64,000 nt of DNA, from the NCBI RefSeq assembly GCF_026571515.1, contig NW_026861124.1, positions 62,001 to 126,000 on the forward strand, read 5' to 3'. The notes under the pieces were generated by a model. That model was not told where the DNA came from and made no database searches. It saw nothing but the letters and a program-made list of their open reading frames with translations. The translations under genes were made by a program, and so were the position numbers. Positions 13,501 to 28,500 of this stretch are shown here, in pieces. How positions within the stretch are numbered: the first letter of the stretch is position 1; every line of letters begins with the position of its first letter. The DNA is from Ruditapes philippinarum. Taxonomy: Eukaryota.

Positions 13501-16500
13501 TGTGCCTTTTTTGGGACAATTTTATGCATTCATAATAATAAAGCAGTGATTTACTTGATAAAACATCTTAATTAGAAGCCTTTGTACCTTTATCAAGCAC
13601 TTAGAATAGTCGAGCGTGCTGTCCTACCGACAGCTCTTGTTTCAATATATACTGTGTAGAAATTTTGTGAACGCAACTCCTCTTAAACCGGATGGCAGAT
13701 TTTGCTTAAACTTCCAGGGATGAACAACCTTAATGTGTAGATGGTAGTAAAGGAAGGAATTTTTGCTGCGACCAAATTTACCAGAATTATGGCCCTTTGT
13801 TGATTTTTTCACTATATACCATATAGAAATTTTGTGAACGCAACTCTTAAACCGGATGGCAGATTTTAATAAAAAGTTCCACATAAAAATCTTACATACA
13901 GATATGCATGCTCTTGTTTACGAGCACATCTGCACAGTGGGGGCATCCGTGTCCTTTGGACACAGTTCTAGTTTAACTTCATCTATTGGCAAGGTCACAG
14001 TGACCTCTTGTCATATCACTGAGAAATAACATAGCTATTGACATGGCGCATAAGTACAATATTCAATTACAGATGGGACCGTTGTTGGTGAATCATGCAC
14101 AACTTTAATTGACACGTGTATTGATGACAATGCTGCATGTAATGGTACTGTGTGTGACTGTTTACCTAATTGGGTATGGAATGGATCTATATGTCGTAAG
14201 TTTTGAGAGTCTTGTCATTCCGTAATGATTTTGCTTAATATGGATATGTCACATGTCGTAAAAGACGCTGAAGCTTGTAAACATTTACAAGCCTTATGTT
14301 GAACAGTATTGCCTCTCCCTTTGATACCAGTGAAGAGCTTAGACAATTCTACATATGTGTCATTTATGACAAGACACTCTACAAGGATTGCTACAATGTA
14401 CCAGATTTAAGTGTTTAGATTAAGGGAAGTGTTGGTCTTGTAGTTATGGTGTTTGACTCTCAAACCAGGGATCATAGGCTTGAACCCTACAATAGCCACA
14501 ACTATGTTTCCTAATATTACACCAGTACTGGTAAGTTTTAGGAAAAGTAGCAGACTTGACAGGTGTTTAAAGATGCTTCAAGCCTGTATCCAAATAAAGT
14601 TAAAAATAAATGTGTTTGAACTTTAATGAATCTTTTTATGCTGCAAGAGACGTTTTCAGATTTACAGCAAGATAATATTTATACACAATAATATATTTTT
14701 GGCTTCTATTAACTCACTCTGAAGATGTTTTGTAAAAACTGAATTGTTACAAATATTAGTAATCTACATACATGTAAACCTGTACCGTAGGCCTAGTGGT
14801 TAAGGTGTCTGCCTTTAGATCAGGAGGCCCCACGGGGAGTGTTTATTTAAGGATAAATGTTCTTTTTTGGAATGGTTCTGAAATGGCCGCTACGTGAGCC
14901 GCGAGGTATTTGAAATGAGTAAGAGTTGAGAGGTATATGGTATGCAAGCGAAAAGTGTCTCTTAAGTCAGAAATGGTTGGCCCTTGCAGTAGGTGTGACA
15001 GTATAATAAACAAGACCTTTTTGTATATGTTAATTGTCAACCTAATATTTTTACAGTTGGACCAGATTTATGTGACCCGTGTGATACATCAACAACATCT
15101 TGTGACTCAGATCTTGTGTGTAACCCGACCACGTACAGATGTGAATGTCCGACTGACGAAGTACAATATGATGATGAATGCTGTAAGAACTTTTAATATC
15201 AGCTTGGTTACTAATGTTACTATCAGCCTTAGTATTTTTACAGTGAAACCCGTGTTTAAAGTCTCCTTTAAGTAAGTATTTTTGTGAGTGGCCTTTGTAA
15301 ACAGGTTTTATTGTATATGACTTATGATGAAGCAATCCTGCTCAATACTATACATGGATATAGTGATTTTTGAATAGAAGTTGCAAACAAAATGTTCCAA
15401 ATCCCATAAAAAGACCAAATTATATCAATTAGAAACAATCAATGCAAAAAACAAATAACTGATATGAGATATTTTGGACAATATATTTGTATAATTTGTA
15501 TAACAGAATATGCATTGGCATATTTTGTTATTTTGTATCTATCTAATTAAACTTTCTGAGAAAAATATTTAATTCTTTCAGACGGGACTCATGTTGGCGA
15601 TTCATGCACAACAAGTTTGAACACGTGTATTGATGATAACGCTGGATGTAACGGGACAATATGTGACTGTTTACCTGGGTTTTATTTCAACGGAACTATC
15701 TGCGGTAATTCATGTTTTTGTATTTTTACTGTTCCAAAAAATTCTTGTCTGTAAAAACTGTCGTCTGCTTAAAGTCAATTGTTCAAAATGGAAGGTCTGT
15801 AATGAAATATTAGATAATTTTGTTGATAATATTTAGTATTATACTTAACAGCAAATCACGAAAGAATTACATATGGATGTTGTCGACAAGTTTTAGACAC
15901 ATAATGCAATATTGATTTTATCAAGATTTAAAATATTTGTGGACAATGTACCAATTGTAGACCAATCCAATTTAATCTTAAGCCATTTTCTCAGAAAAAA
16001 ACAAAACAAAACTTAAGCCTGTAATAATACAGATTGGCATCTGACTCAACCACTTTCTTGAAGCCTTATAATGTGCGTATATTAATAATTTATATATCTG
16101 CACATTAAAGTGATATCTTTTTAAACAAGGAAATAATTAAAAAACATGATCTGCAACACATTATTGAACGAATTGTGCTGTCATGTTAAAACTTTACTTT
16201 TTATACAGTTGGTGAACAACTCTGCGATCCATGTGACCCTGCCTCTTCTACATGCTCGAACACGCTTGTTTGCAGTTCAGATAGGTACAGATGTGAATGT
16301 CCTACAGGCTTTGTACAGATTGGGGATTTGTGTTGTAAGTTTTGATAATTTATTGATAAACAGCCAGATACAGATCTGAGCGAGAGTGTGTCTATAAGCT
16401 TATAGCTACCCATACAATCAAACTAAAATAAATTTTGTATTAAGGCACATTATGCCTCAGAAACAAATCAATTTTTACTTCTTTAGAAAGGGCAACATTT

Positions 16501-19500
16501 TGATTTATGAGGGTTTTTAACCTTTCATGCCCTAGGGACAGCAATGTCTCCCTATTTTTTAGGCATTTGCCATTGGACTTTTGTCGTTTTTAATAAAAAT
16601 AATAAATTATAAAAATATAATTTTAAAATAATAAAAATCTAATAAATAATAATAATTTAAATAAAATGTTTACAGTGACCCCTTTGTGGGAGAAAAGGGA
16701 AAAAGGGATTATGAAGGGGTCACTGGGACAGTTCTATATAATTTTGGATATAATGACATAAATACCCAAAATTTTTTTTGAAAAGCAGGATAGTTCCATT
16801 TTAAGGGTTTAAATTAAAATTTTTGTATAATTTGGGTTAAAATTTAAACTCACCTAAAATTAGTATTTAAAAATTTTTATTATTAAAAAGTAATTTTATT
16901 GATAAATCTTTTGTAAAAAAAATGTTTAATTTCAAATTTTATAATGAGATTTTTTCTGTAGGACATTTAATTTTTTATAAACAAAAAAGTTTACTTTAAA
17001 GGAGTTTAATGGGATTAAAAAAAATTAGATACAAATTCCCCATTTTTTTTACAGATACGTTTCTTCCGGAAAAAGAAATTTAACAAACGAGGTTTTTAAA
17101 ATAACCACCCTTTTAAAAGGGTTTTCCCTTGTTTATTTTTATCGCCAAAAAACCCAGCAATTTGTGTATATGGGGTCTTTTAATTTTTTTATCGGGGAAA
17201 ATGATTAATTTGCGCCATTTTGTGTAAAATTTTAAAAAACAGCCCCAGTGTTAAGGGGTTTTCGCCAATTGGGCAATTTCAAATTTCGTAGATCAAAAGC
17301 GCGTTTGATTCGTCAAAACGCCCCCTGATAGCAAAGAGAAAGTTTAAATAGTGGGAAATCTTCTTGGCGGGGGTGTATTTTAATTTGTTGATGTTGACAC
17401 GCGTTCTTTAAATTTGCGGGTTAAAAAGGGAAATTTGGGTTTTAATTGAGAGGTAAACAAAATTTTTAAAAGAAAATAGCGGGTAAAAAGTATGACGGAA
17501 AATTTAAAACGGGCGAACAAATCGCTGTCCGAAGGCGGGCTTCTTCGCCAAATCGTCCCTAGCCAAACCATGCTCCCCTTTCAAAAGTCGCCCGCTCACG
17601 GTCAAATTTCCGGTTAAAGGGTGAATAAAACAAAGGTCGTTGTCGGAAAAAAAGGGTCGCTAATACAGACCATTTTTATAGTAAATACTGTTTGGCGCAC
17701 CTAACTTGGTCCCTTATGACCCGAAAGTCGTATTAAAGGGTCGCTAACAGTCTTTATTATACCCCAACAATAAATATTAATGGGAGATTTGAATTTAAAA
17801 TTAATTAATAAAATAGTATTTCTTTTGAAAAACCCGGCAAAAAGGTGATAATTTAAATTTCATAACCTCTTTGGAAACCGGGAAAGGTTAAGTAAAAGGT
17901 TTTTTGAGAAAGTTGATTTTCTTCTTACCGAAGAAAAATACCCGGGTGAATTTTTTAATTTTTGGGGCATCAAAATGGGAAAATGTAATTTTGGAATTTA
18001 GAAAATTTTTTCTTGGGTTTTTTTCAGTGGGAGAAATTTGGGAAAAGAAGGAAGTAAAAACCCTTGTTAGATCCCCGTTAGATTTTATTAAGGGAAAAAT
18101 TTTAAAAGGGACCCCTTTTGGGATGTATTGCAGGCTCTCTTGGAAAGGAAACTCATTTTTGGTTTAAAAAAATTTAGTTTAATCTTGTTGTACTTTTCAA
18201 ATTTGACTTATTAGTTAACCAAAAGGGTTTTTTTAAAGTCAACCTGTGTAGAGAACCCCCCCACCTGTATTTTGTTTACAAACCCGTTTTACAGTAAAAA
18301 CCCGTGCAGGAAAAAAACCCTGTATTTTGTTGAAACCAAAATGTAATTTTCGTAACACCTGTGTAGAACAACCACCCTTTGGGAGACTAAAGATTTTGGT
18401 TGTTACTGAGAGGTGTCTGCTCTAGAGAGGTTATATTTATTGTGAAGTGTAAATTTGGGAAAAAACATGGCACTGGTTGTTGTGAAGATGTGATTGTTCT
18501 ACAGAGGGTGGTTATACAGAGGTTTTACTGTATTACCATTTATTTAAACTGAGAGCAATAATTTTTGTCAAATGTAAAATCTTTTCCAGACATAACTCGT
18601 TTAAAGGTCTAATGAAAATAAACCCTATCTATTGGTTGGCATAGTAACATTAAGTATGTACATGTAACAAGGGACAGAATGTACTTACTATTTTTCGGAC
18701 AAAGTCAGTCTGTTATCAGTTTGATTTCCTGTAAAATTAATAAAGAAGGACTGACTATAAAAAGAATTATCACTTGTCATTTTGAAATTACAAACTGAAA
18801 TTGATGAATCTCATTGGTCATTCTAAAATAAAATGTAAAGGACAGTTCTAACTATTTAAGAAAATAGTTCTTACTACCATTCTGAAATAAAATTTTTTTG
18901 GATAGCTTATCATAAAAAGTAAAAATTAATGTTTTTTACTATAAAAAAAAAGTACAGGAAAATTTTTTCTTTAAAAATGAAAGTAAAGGGAAAGAGGAAA
19001 TTGTTCTTTTAGGTTAAAATTTGTAAAAAAGAATTTTAAAAAAAAATTTATGAAGTTTAACGGAAAACAAAATAAAACAAGGGCACCCAAATTTGAAAAA
19101 GTTCTTCTTGTAAAAAAACCCCTAAATTAAATTAAAATGCTTTTTAATTCAATTTTCAATTTTACAAAATGGAAAATTTTTTTTTTAAAAAGTTTCAAGA
19201 AGTCTTATTAGTCTTTTAAGGCAAGAAATTTCTAAAAATTTCTTTTTGTATTTAAAAATTAAAATAAAACTTTTGCATGTTAAAAAAAAGTTACCAAAAT
19301 TTGGCCCCGGGTTTTTTTTTAAAAGATACTTTTTGGGGTTTAAAACTGGTTTTCCGGTAAGCCTTTGTCAAATGGGTTTTTAAAGGGCAAAATTTTAAAA
19401 TTGTCCCCAGGTCCCTTTTGACATGAAACCCACCCTTTAAAGGGTTTCAGCCTTTTTTAAAATCTGTTCATGCATTTTTATCAGGAAATTGTACTTTTGT

Positions 19501-22500
19501 AATATGTTTTTGCTTGAAGATTTTTGGGAAAAATTTAAAAACACTTCCCCCACCAGTAATTTTAATTTTTTTTGATCGAACTTGACCCCTTTTTTTACAA
19601 AAAACTGATAGCTTTAAAAAAAACATTATTGAACAATTTATAAAAGATTGGAAAATTTTTTTTCTTTTAAAGAAAAATTTAATAGAAATATAAAATTTTT
19701 TTTCGCCGTCGGGGGGGGAATTTGTGGACCCCTGTGATCCCCTTTCCCATTTAACTTTTTTCAGGGTCTTTCTTGTAGTTCCCACTTAAGGGGTGAATGC
19801 CCTTTTGGTCAAAAAATGGGGACGCCCGTTAAAGTAAAATTTTAAAATTTTACATGTGAAAAAACCCCAGATAAATGTAAATTTTTCTTTTTTTTTTAAA
19901 CACCCCACAACCCCTATTTTTTTAAATTTTAGACAGGGGTTTTAGTAGTAACACTTTTCTTACCTGGGTTTTTCCCAATAAAATTAAATGAAAATATTTC
20001 CTATGGCACCCCCCAAATATTTAAAAAAAATTTAAGGAAAAAATTCCCCAGATTTTGTTCTGTTTCAAAAAAGTAAACAATTTTTATCAGAAAATTTAAA
20101 TTTTCTTTTGCAGCAAATTTGTTTCAGAAATATACAAATAAGATAGGTAAATATACAAATCAGATAGGGTACCTGATATGATAATGTCTTGAAATTTATC
20201 TGACTAATCTATTTATAGATGGAACACGTGTTGGTGAATCATGCACGACATCACTGAACACGTGTATAGATGACTATGCAGTGTGTAATGGCACAGTGTG
20301 TGATTGCAAGGAGACATATGTGTGGAATGGCACACACTGTAGTAAGTGAACATCAGCTTTGACATAAATTAACTTTTAGAAATAAGAATATACAGATAAA
20401 TTGCCAATATAAATTTTTTGTCAAAGCAATTTCTGTTATTGAGATGCGTAAAGTATTTGTTAGGCTAGATTTGTATGTTTTAATTATATAAAATGTATTT
20501 ATTTTTCCCTTTCCCGGGTTTAGTATACCTAAACTACAAAGTTTTTTATTTATTTTGAATTTTTAAAAAGGGAAATTTTTTAACCAAAACCCTTTTATTT
20601 GAAACAAAAATTTTAAATTAATTTTGTCGTTCCCTTTTCTAAAAATTTAAAAATTTTAATTTGCATTTAAAAAAAAAAAAAACAAAACACCCATAAAAAA
20701 TGCAACACTGACTATGGGAAAAATAAAATATACCCCAAAATTTCAAAATAAAACCTTTTAATTATGTTGTTATTATTTTGATTTTAAGTCAGCCACTAAG
20801 CGTTTTTTCGCTATATTTTTAGATGGACAGAATCTATGTGACCCATGTGATGCTCTCTTCCACCCTGCGACTTCAGTAGTCCCGTAACCCCCCATAAAAA
20901 CCCATGGTGAATGTCCCAAATGGGAGGTACAGATTTTGATGAATGCCCGTTTTTATTAAAATGTTGATTTGGGGTTTTTTAGTTTTAATAATGTTTCTTT
21001 ATCCTTTCAAAAGTTTCCCTTTTTTTTTAATTGGTTTTTAGTGTTTCATATTTTAATAAACATATAAATCATCATTTATATGATAATGATGTTGTGAAAA
21101 AGACATTGGCAATGAAAGATGATGATGACAACAAAAGCAATTATGACAATGATGATAATATTGATAAGATGATGATATTGATGATGATANNNNNNNNNNN
21201 NNNNNNNNNNNNNNNNNNNNNNNNNNNNNNNNNNNNNNNNNNNNNNNNNNNNNNNNNNNNNNNNNNNNNNNNNNNNNNNNNNNNNNNNNNNNNNNNNNNN
21301 NNNNNNNNNNNNNNNNNNNNNNNNNNNNNNNNNNNNNNNNNNNNNNNNNNNNNNNNNNNNNNNNNNNNNNNNNNNNNNNNNNNNNNNNNNNNNNNNNNNN
21401 NNNNNNNNNNNNNNNNNNNNNNNNNNNNNNNNNNNNNAATGATAATGACAACAATGTTAATGATGATGATGGTGGTGGCAAATATGATGATGATGCCAAA
21501 TATGATGATGATAATGATAACGTTGATGATGATGACGGCAAAGATGGCAATGATGATGACCTATGAATTCGATCAAGATCTATTTTGTTGACTGCTCACT
21601 TTAATTATTCTGATACAAAATTCCCATGACCTCATGACCTCAAAATGGACTGTTCCAACTGAAATCAAATTTGGGTGAGTCCATTTTGCATATGAAGCAG
21701 AACAAGGGGTGAACAAATTCTTGTCATCTTAGCCTTTACTCTTAGAGTATTGTTATAACTAATTTATCTGGTAAATTTTAAGATGGGAGACTGGTGACTG
21801 AAAGATGTACAACGGCCACTGACACCTGTATTGATGATAATGCAGAATGCAATGGCACAGTGTGTGATTGTGTTGATGGGTTCACTTTTAATGGATCAGT
21901 TTGTCGTAAGTTTTTTTTACATTTAATGGTTACTGAAATATGATGTTAATTAAGATGGGTATTAAATGAGTGTACTAAGTTTCAAATATATTTATTGTCC
22001 AAGTTCAGATTTATTGAACTTGTTGAATAAAATTGTATGAAACTTGCTTCATTTGATTAAATACAATTCAGCTTGTTCAATAAATTCTGTACAGGATATA
22101 TATGTATTTACTAATTCACATCACATACCCTGAATAATAAAGAAAAAAAGAGATATCAGTTTGAAATAGCTACACTTTTGGAAAAATACATGATTTGGCT
22201 CATTTGCATAGTATATCCACACCAATGCTGTAACGTTTTTACAAAGGTTTGATTATAAGGCTTTTTTGCATGTTGTTTTGACACTTTGAACATTTTCTGT
22301 GGATAGTATTTGCTTCAGGCACTGTTTTGCTCTTACTTTGTAGTTGGCACTGATTTATGTGACCCATGTGACCCGACAGCAAATACTTGCAACGTGGATC
22401 TAGTATGCAATAGTGACACATACAGATGTGAATGTCCCACAAACCAAGTGCAAATTGGAGATTCGTGCTGTAAGTTTTCATAAACTTTTTTATCACAAAT

Positions 22501-25500
22501 ACCTTCAGTGATTGAAAAAAAGAGGAAAAGATTAAAAAATATTGTAGGTGATACTTGAAACAATATCTATAACCTTTTAACTGCCAGTGTGGATAAGGAG
22601 ACTGTCTTTAGTAAAGATTCAGGGTGGTTTGTATATCTGTGTAGCGTGATCAGGCTCTGTTAAATGCCGTCCGCTTAATTCAACATTTTAATATTAAAAC
22701 CCCCCTCAATTTCAAATGTATAGGTCCAAATTCACAGCTAGGCAAGTCAATTTTACAAATTTGGGAAGTACAGGAAAGACTGTCTTAGTGACCCCCTGTA
22801 TAATAGCGACCATAGTTAGGTGCACCGAACAGTATTTACTATATAAATGGTCTGCATGTAGTGACTCCCTGTCTAGTCCGTACAACGACCATGATTTAGC
22901 GTCTCACGTTATGGGATAAAAAAAAAAAATAAGCCATGTAATCAAAATAAGAGGAAAATGGAGGCATTACAAAGTGTCAAATTTGGAAGCGCAAAGATTA
23001 ATTCATAGCCTGCTAGTGGCAACAAATTGGTCCAATGCAACCAGTGCAGATGAAGATCAGCTTGTACATTCACGCCGTCTGATTGTGGTCTGCACTGTTT
23101 CCTATTCGGTCAGGACTTATTTTCAAGTTTTCCCTAAACGGATGAATGTTTTGTCCAGAGTGAAATATGGAAAAGTCCCATTTAAATATTTAGTGTGGTA
23201 AGGTTTTAAGAGGATAGCGATATTTTATTTACTATTCTCACTTGTTGGCTTTATGCAGATATCATATTATCTTTTTACGGATTAACTGCAAATATATTGT
23301 GTTTACAAAAAAAAAAAAAAAAATGAAGACGGTTTGTTATTATTTAAGATGGAAGGCTAGTAGGCGAGGACTGTACAACAAGTTTGGACACATGTATTGA
23401 CGACAATGCCGTCTGCAACGGTACGATTTGCGATTGTGAAGAAGGCTTTCATTGGAACGGGACTCACTGTGGTAAACCCTTAAATAATACATTAATTATT
23501 TGGATTTAACTTACTACAGTGTTGGAGCAGAGTACCTCTAGATGCTTGCAGAAATCATGATCATAAAGTAGAAAAATATCCCTTTTTACGCTGATTTTTA
23601 CATTTTTCATTCATATGAAAATCTGTGTCAGCAGAATGATGAATTAGGCATCTGAAGTGCATTTCAGTGGTTAAAAAGGTGAGGTTTTAGCATTTGATCA
23701 ATCAAGGTCCAGTATATACCGGAATACAACATTTAGTCTGGTGCTCCAACACTTTTTTGTCTCACTCTAATTATTTAACTTTGATTTAAGAGAGGCTTGC
23801 ACTTAATTTGAACCTGAGTTTTTTTACATTCAACAGAAACTGTGAGCTAAATGAAAATTTTTTGACATTGAAGTTCAATTATTTATCCTAGTTATTGGAC
23901 ACCTAAGCATTTATTTATGTGATCATACTACGTCTGGCATTATATATAATCAATGGACAACTTTTGAGAAAGTTCTAAATGCTAAATCACTAACTTCAGA
24001 TTTGCCATGTTGCATTTTGTGTGTGCATAATTTATGTGGACCATTAGCCGAGTTGTCTTAGAATCACGTAAACATCATTACTGTTTGTTTGAAAAACTCT
24101 GAATTATTTTGTATAAGAAAGCTCTCTTCCTTAATGTATTAACGAAAAACTTATACATATAACAGGTGGTGAGAATTTATGTGACCCGTGTGACCCTTCA
24201 AGTTCATTTTGCGATGATCCACTTGTATGCAGCTCGGACACGTATAGATGTGAATGTCCACCTGGCTTTGTTCAGATCGGAGACAATTGCTGTAAGTATG
24301 ATTTTATATACTGTGCCAGTGAAATACAAGTAAAAAAATATTTGTAGTAGATGCTGACAGTAGCATATGAGTAACACTATTTTTGTACCAGATGCTGACA
24401 GTGAAATACAAGTAAAACTATTTTGTAAAAGATGCATATTTGTTTGATAAATTCTATAAGAAAGACTTCAGTTACTAGTACTGTTTAAGTTAATATTTCC
24501 GCCTGTTGTAAAGTTAGCGAATTTAAAATTTCGTCAATTCATGAAATTCGCCAGTATTTTTGCATGAGGCTAACTTAACTACTAATACAGTAATAAGTCA
24601 AAACATAATATAATCAGTTATATTATGCATCCTTTTGAGTCCATTTAAATTTGATTTATGTCTTCTGTTAATACCTATTTAATGGAGAACCCCCTTGTGC
24701 CTGAGGGGTTGCCTTAAATGTTTGAGACATAAGAATTGCAGCCACCTTTTATTCCTGCTTGATCATAACAACTAATTGGGTTTGAATAACAGGAGTCTTT
24801 GCATTTCTTAGCTCCAGCAGGTGAGGTGGTTTTGACCCCTTTTACATTATATAGTTAGATGACAAATTTTACACTTTTGAGCTGCGCCATGACAAAATCA
24901 ACGTAGTGCTTTGTGATCAGCATGGATCCAGACCAGCCTGCACATCCATGCAATCTGATCAGGATCCATGCTGTTCATTATCAGTTTCTCTTCTTGTAAA
25001 AGGGTTTGTAAGGGAACAGTATCGATCCTGATCAGACTGCACAGATGTGCAGGCTGGTCTGGATCCATGCTTGTTGCAAACGCACTATGCTGGTTTTGTC
25101 ATGGTGCTTCTCATTTATGCAATCTGACCTAATGCTAAACTGACAGGCTGCATTATGAATTTTTAACAACTTTATTACAAACCCTATAAAAGAAAGCAAT
25201 GGACCATTCCTAATTCAAAAGATAAGTCCATTGTACAAATTTATGAAGCTTAAGGTTGAAATGAAAATTATTATCAAAACCCCTTACATTAGTAATGGAG
25301 AGATCCAAATTCAAAACATAAGTCCATTCTACAAAATTCAGGTGGGTCAAGGTTGAAATGTCATAATTTGATGATTCTATAATTGCTTTTCATGTTTCTA
25401 CTCGTATAGACGGTACACGTGTTGGAGAATCTTGTTTGGCGTCACTTGACACGTGTATAGATGATAATGCGGGTTGTAACGGCACAGTCTGTGATTGTAA

Positions 25501-28500
25501 CGATGGTTATTTTTGGAATGGAACTATCTGTGGTAAGTACAATGTGATTTTCAATTGTTCATGTAGATTTACAGTCGGTAACTATTACATTTGGTAACAT
25601 TAAATTTTTTTACTTCAAACCACTCGCCCCTCACCACTGTAGGTTTGAATCCTACCAGGGACTTTGGAATCTGTTGGGTGAGGAAGCTTTCCAGTTTGCT
25701 TAAGAAGCTTCAGTGGTAACTCAGGCGCCCATTCATACCTGAAATAATGCATGGAAGGGCAACATGAGGCCTTTCCCCACAGTAAAGCTGGAAAGTCAGC
25801 ATTTGCACTTTACAGTGGTTTGCAACTTAAAACCCAATAAATGTGATAGTAAGAATATATTGTTAGCACTGCAATAATTTAATTAAAAATGATTTCTTTC
25901 AACTTGTTAAAAATTTTATGCTTTGTAAAGCAATTTTTTTAATAAAATTTGCATTTTTAAATCATTAGGAAATGTTTTTAACAATTATTATTTTCACATT
26001 AACAGTTGGAACATCAATATGTTCCCCTTGTGATTCGTCCAATCCATGTGATTCTGATCTGGAGTGTAACCCGAGCACTTACAGATGTGAATGTCCTGCT
26101 GATCGTGTCCAAATAGGGAACGAGTGCTGTAAGTAAAGATACTGTGAATTCACTTAATTTTGTTCACATGAATTTTCGTGGTTTTGCCACAAAGAAATTT
26201 TTATGGATACTTAAGTTTGTAGACTGTTTATTTTTCCAAAGATAAAATGTAAAACTGAATTTAGATGGAATAGTTATTTCAATAGATTTTTGGGTAATTT
26301 TATATATAGATTTATACATTTCTTGTGATTTTATTCAACTTCCTGTCTGCTTGCTTAGCACGATATATAGGGGGAGCATCAAATTTGTAATACAGTGGTT
26401 GTTGGTTTAAACATAGGGCAAGGCAAATGTTCTTTGTGGCAAATGATCTCGGACATTGAGTCCTAAATAGACATTTGTCCCTTACGGCTGATTCAGAATT
26501 AATGAGGGATAAGTAGTCAGTCACTTGTTGAGATACTGGTAATAACTGGTTAGTTGTCTAAGTTGTTCTGAGATGGACCTACTACTGAGATAGGACAAAA
26601 ATGTGTTAATTTCGTCATTCAAAATGAAATAAACAAACCAACAAATTATTTAAGTTTCAGGTACTTTAATCATCATCTGATAGGTTTAAGTTGGTCGTGC
26701 ATCCATGTAATTTTATTGAATATTTAACTCGAATTCAAACATTGTATCAATTAGTTATTGATCGTTATTTTTTCATATGATAGACGGAACCCGTGTGACA
26801 GAGCCATGCACAAGTGACGTCGATACGTGTATAGACTGTAACGCTGATTGTAACGGGACAGTGTGTGACTGTGTCACTGGGTACACTTGGAATGGATCAG
26901 TATGCTGTAAGTTTAATTTTGTGTACCATTTCAGGGATAATCCAGCTAATGAATTTTTGTATATTTATATGATGTAAATATTGCTATTCAGTCACTACAT
27001 ATTTTCAAATTTTCTTTAAAAAATTTGATATCCACTAAGTTTAAAATCACATAATCTTTCTTATTAGTTTTGAACATGTCTTCCTAATTGTAAAGACATT
27101 TGATGAAATAATATTGTTTACTGTTTTGAATCTTGATAGTATGAAGTCTGGAGGTCTGATGCAGTAATGTTTAATAATCAACACAACACTTCGGCCTAAG
27201 TTGTTGATTACAAATACAGTTCAACTTTGTTCGCTAGAACTCGGATCACTCGAATACCTCTCTTCGCTCGAACTCATCAACCCAGTCCCGGGAAAATTCC
27301 TATATAATATATATTGTTCTACCTCAGATGGCTAGGACACCGATCGATCGGACTCTCGAACCTGATTTCTGGTCCCTTCGGCAGAAATATAGTGAAAATC
27401 ACACCTTTTCGGTCGAACGCAAGAAGACAAGTCAGTATGTCGGAAATAAATGACAATCGGCGACACATGATTTTAACACCTCATGATCGTGACATAGGTG
27501 ATACAAAATAAGAGGTGTTATAAGCAATTCGTTTGTTATGATTATATTGTTGATTTGCCGTATATAGTAACGATAAAAAGAAAACGACTTGTGAAATAAG
27601 TGAAATATGCATGCCAATAAAGAATGACTTTTACCCGAACGGTTTTAATTACAACCGTGGTTCATGAAAAGTGAATCGTAACAGTGTTATCTATTTATAG
27701 AATGATACTTGTATGTGTGTTTATTTTAGTAAATGACTATAAATAGATGCTGCTGTAAATGTTTTAATAAATATGTCATTCATTTATTTTTTTTTAATTG
27801 AATTCATCCCATTATAAACATAAAAATATATTTTGAACATTGTTCAACAAGTTTGGTGTGATTGCCCAATCGAACTCAACCAATTACTATATGCATGAAT
27901 ATAGATTAACACAGTGTACCGTTGATACTATAAAACACAGGGATAATTATTCTGAATATGAAACATGTGAAATATTTGACAAACAGAATAATTGATGTAC
28001 TAACAAACAATTATATTGACACATTTATCATTCGACAGATGTAAGCTAGGAAAACCTTTAGGCATTTGATCAACGTAATAATAGTTCAACCTTGGTTGGC
28101 TCGAACTACCGATCTCTCAAACAAATTTTCACAGGCCCTCCGAGTTCGAGCGAACGAAGTTCGACTGTACATAAGTGATAGACATTTATATAACCAAATT
28201 TTATTATGTACAATCAAAGAATCAGATTAAATAGCATATAAAGATGTTGCTGGCAAAAATTTTTTATGAAAATTGAAAAAAAAGTGAAAGCCCCCATTTC
28301 CATATTCTTATGTTCACATACAGTAAATTTGTTGCAGTTCATGTCTCTGTTATTTGGAACACTTGAACTTTTTTATGAAAACTGAACAAAGACAGGTTCT
28401 CAAGCAAAATACTTAATGGTAATTCAAATGGGTTAAGCAGAAATGTTTTACATTCAGTACTGGCGTTATAAGAATTTTGCAAACATTTACCTTACAAATT

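Larger units (their letters stand above)
16450..21050. other. Low-quality, homopolymer-inflated assembly stretch with clean islands
   Basis: Excess A/T/G/C runs and garbled exon copies; ends next to an N gap. Confidence 0.8.

Noticed and set aside
14780-14860. tRNA gene (ggcctagtggttaagg A-box-like); similar fragments near 14430, 25630 and 49985
   Set aside because: No complete cloverleaf or intact B box; degenerate SINE heads.
17380-19785. Lys/Phe-rich ORFs in the 17-20 kb region
   Set aside because: Products of homopolymer-inflated low-quality sequence.
21031-21591. Asp/Met-rich ORFs
   Set aside because: Translation of a GAT microsatellite across an N gap.
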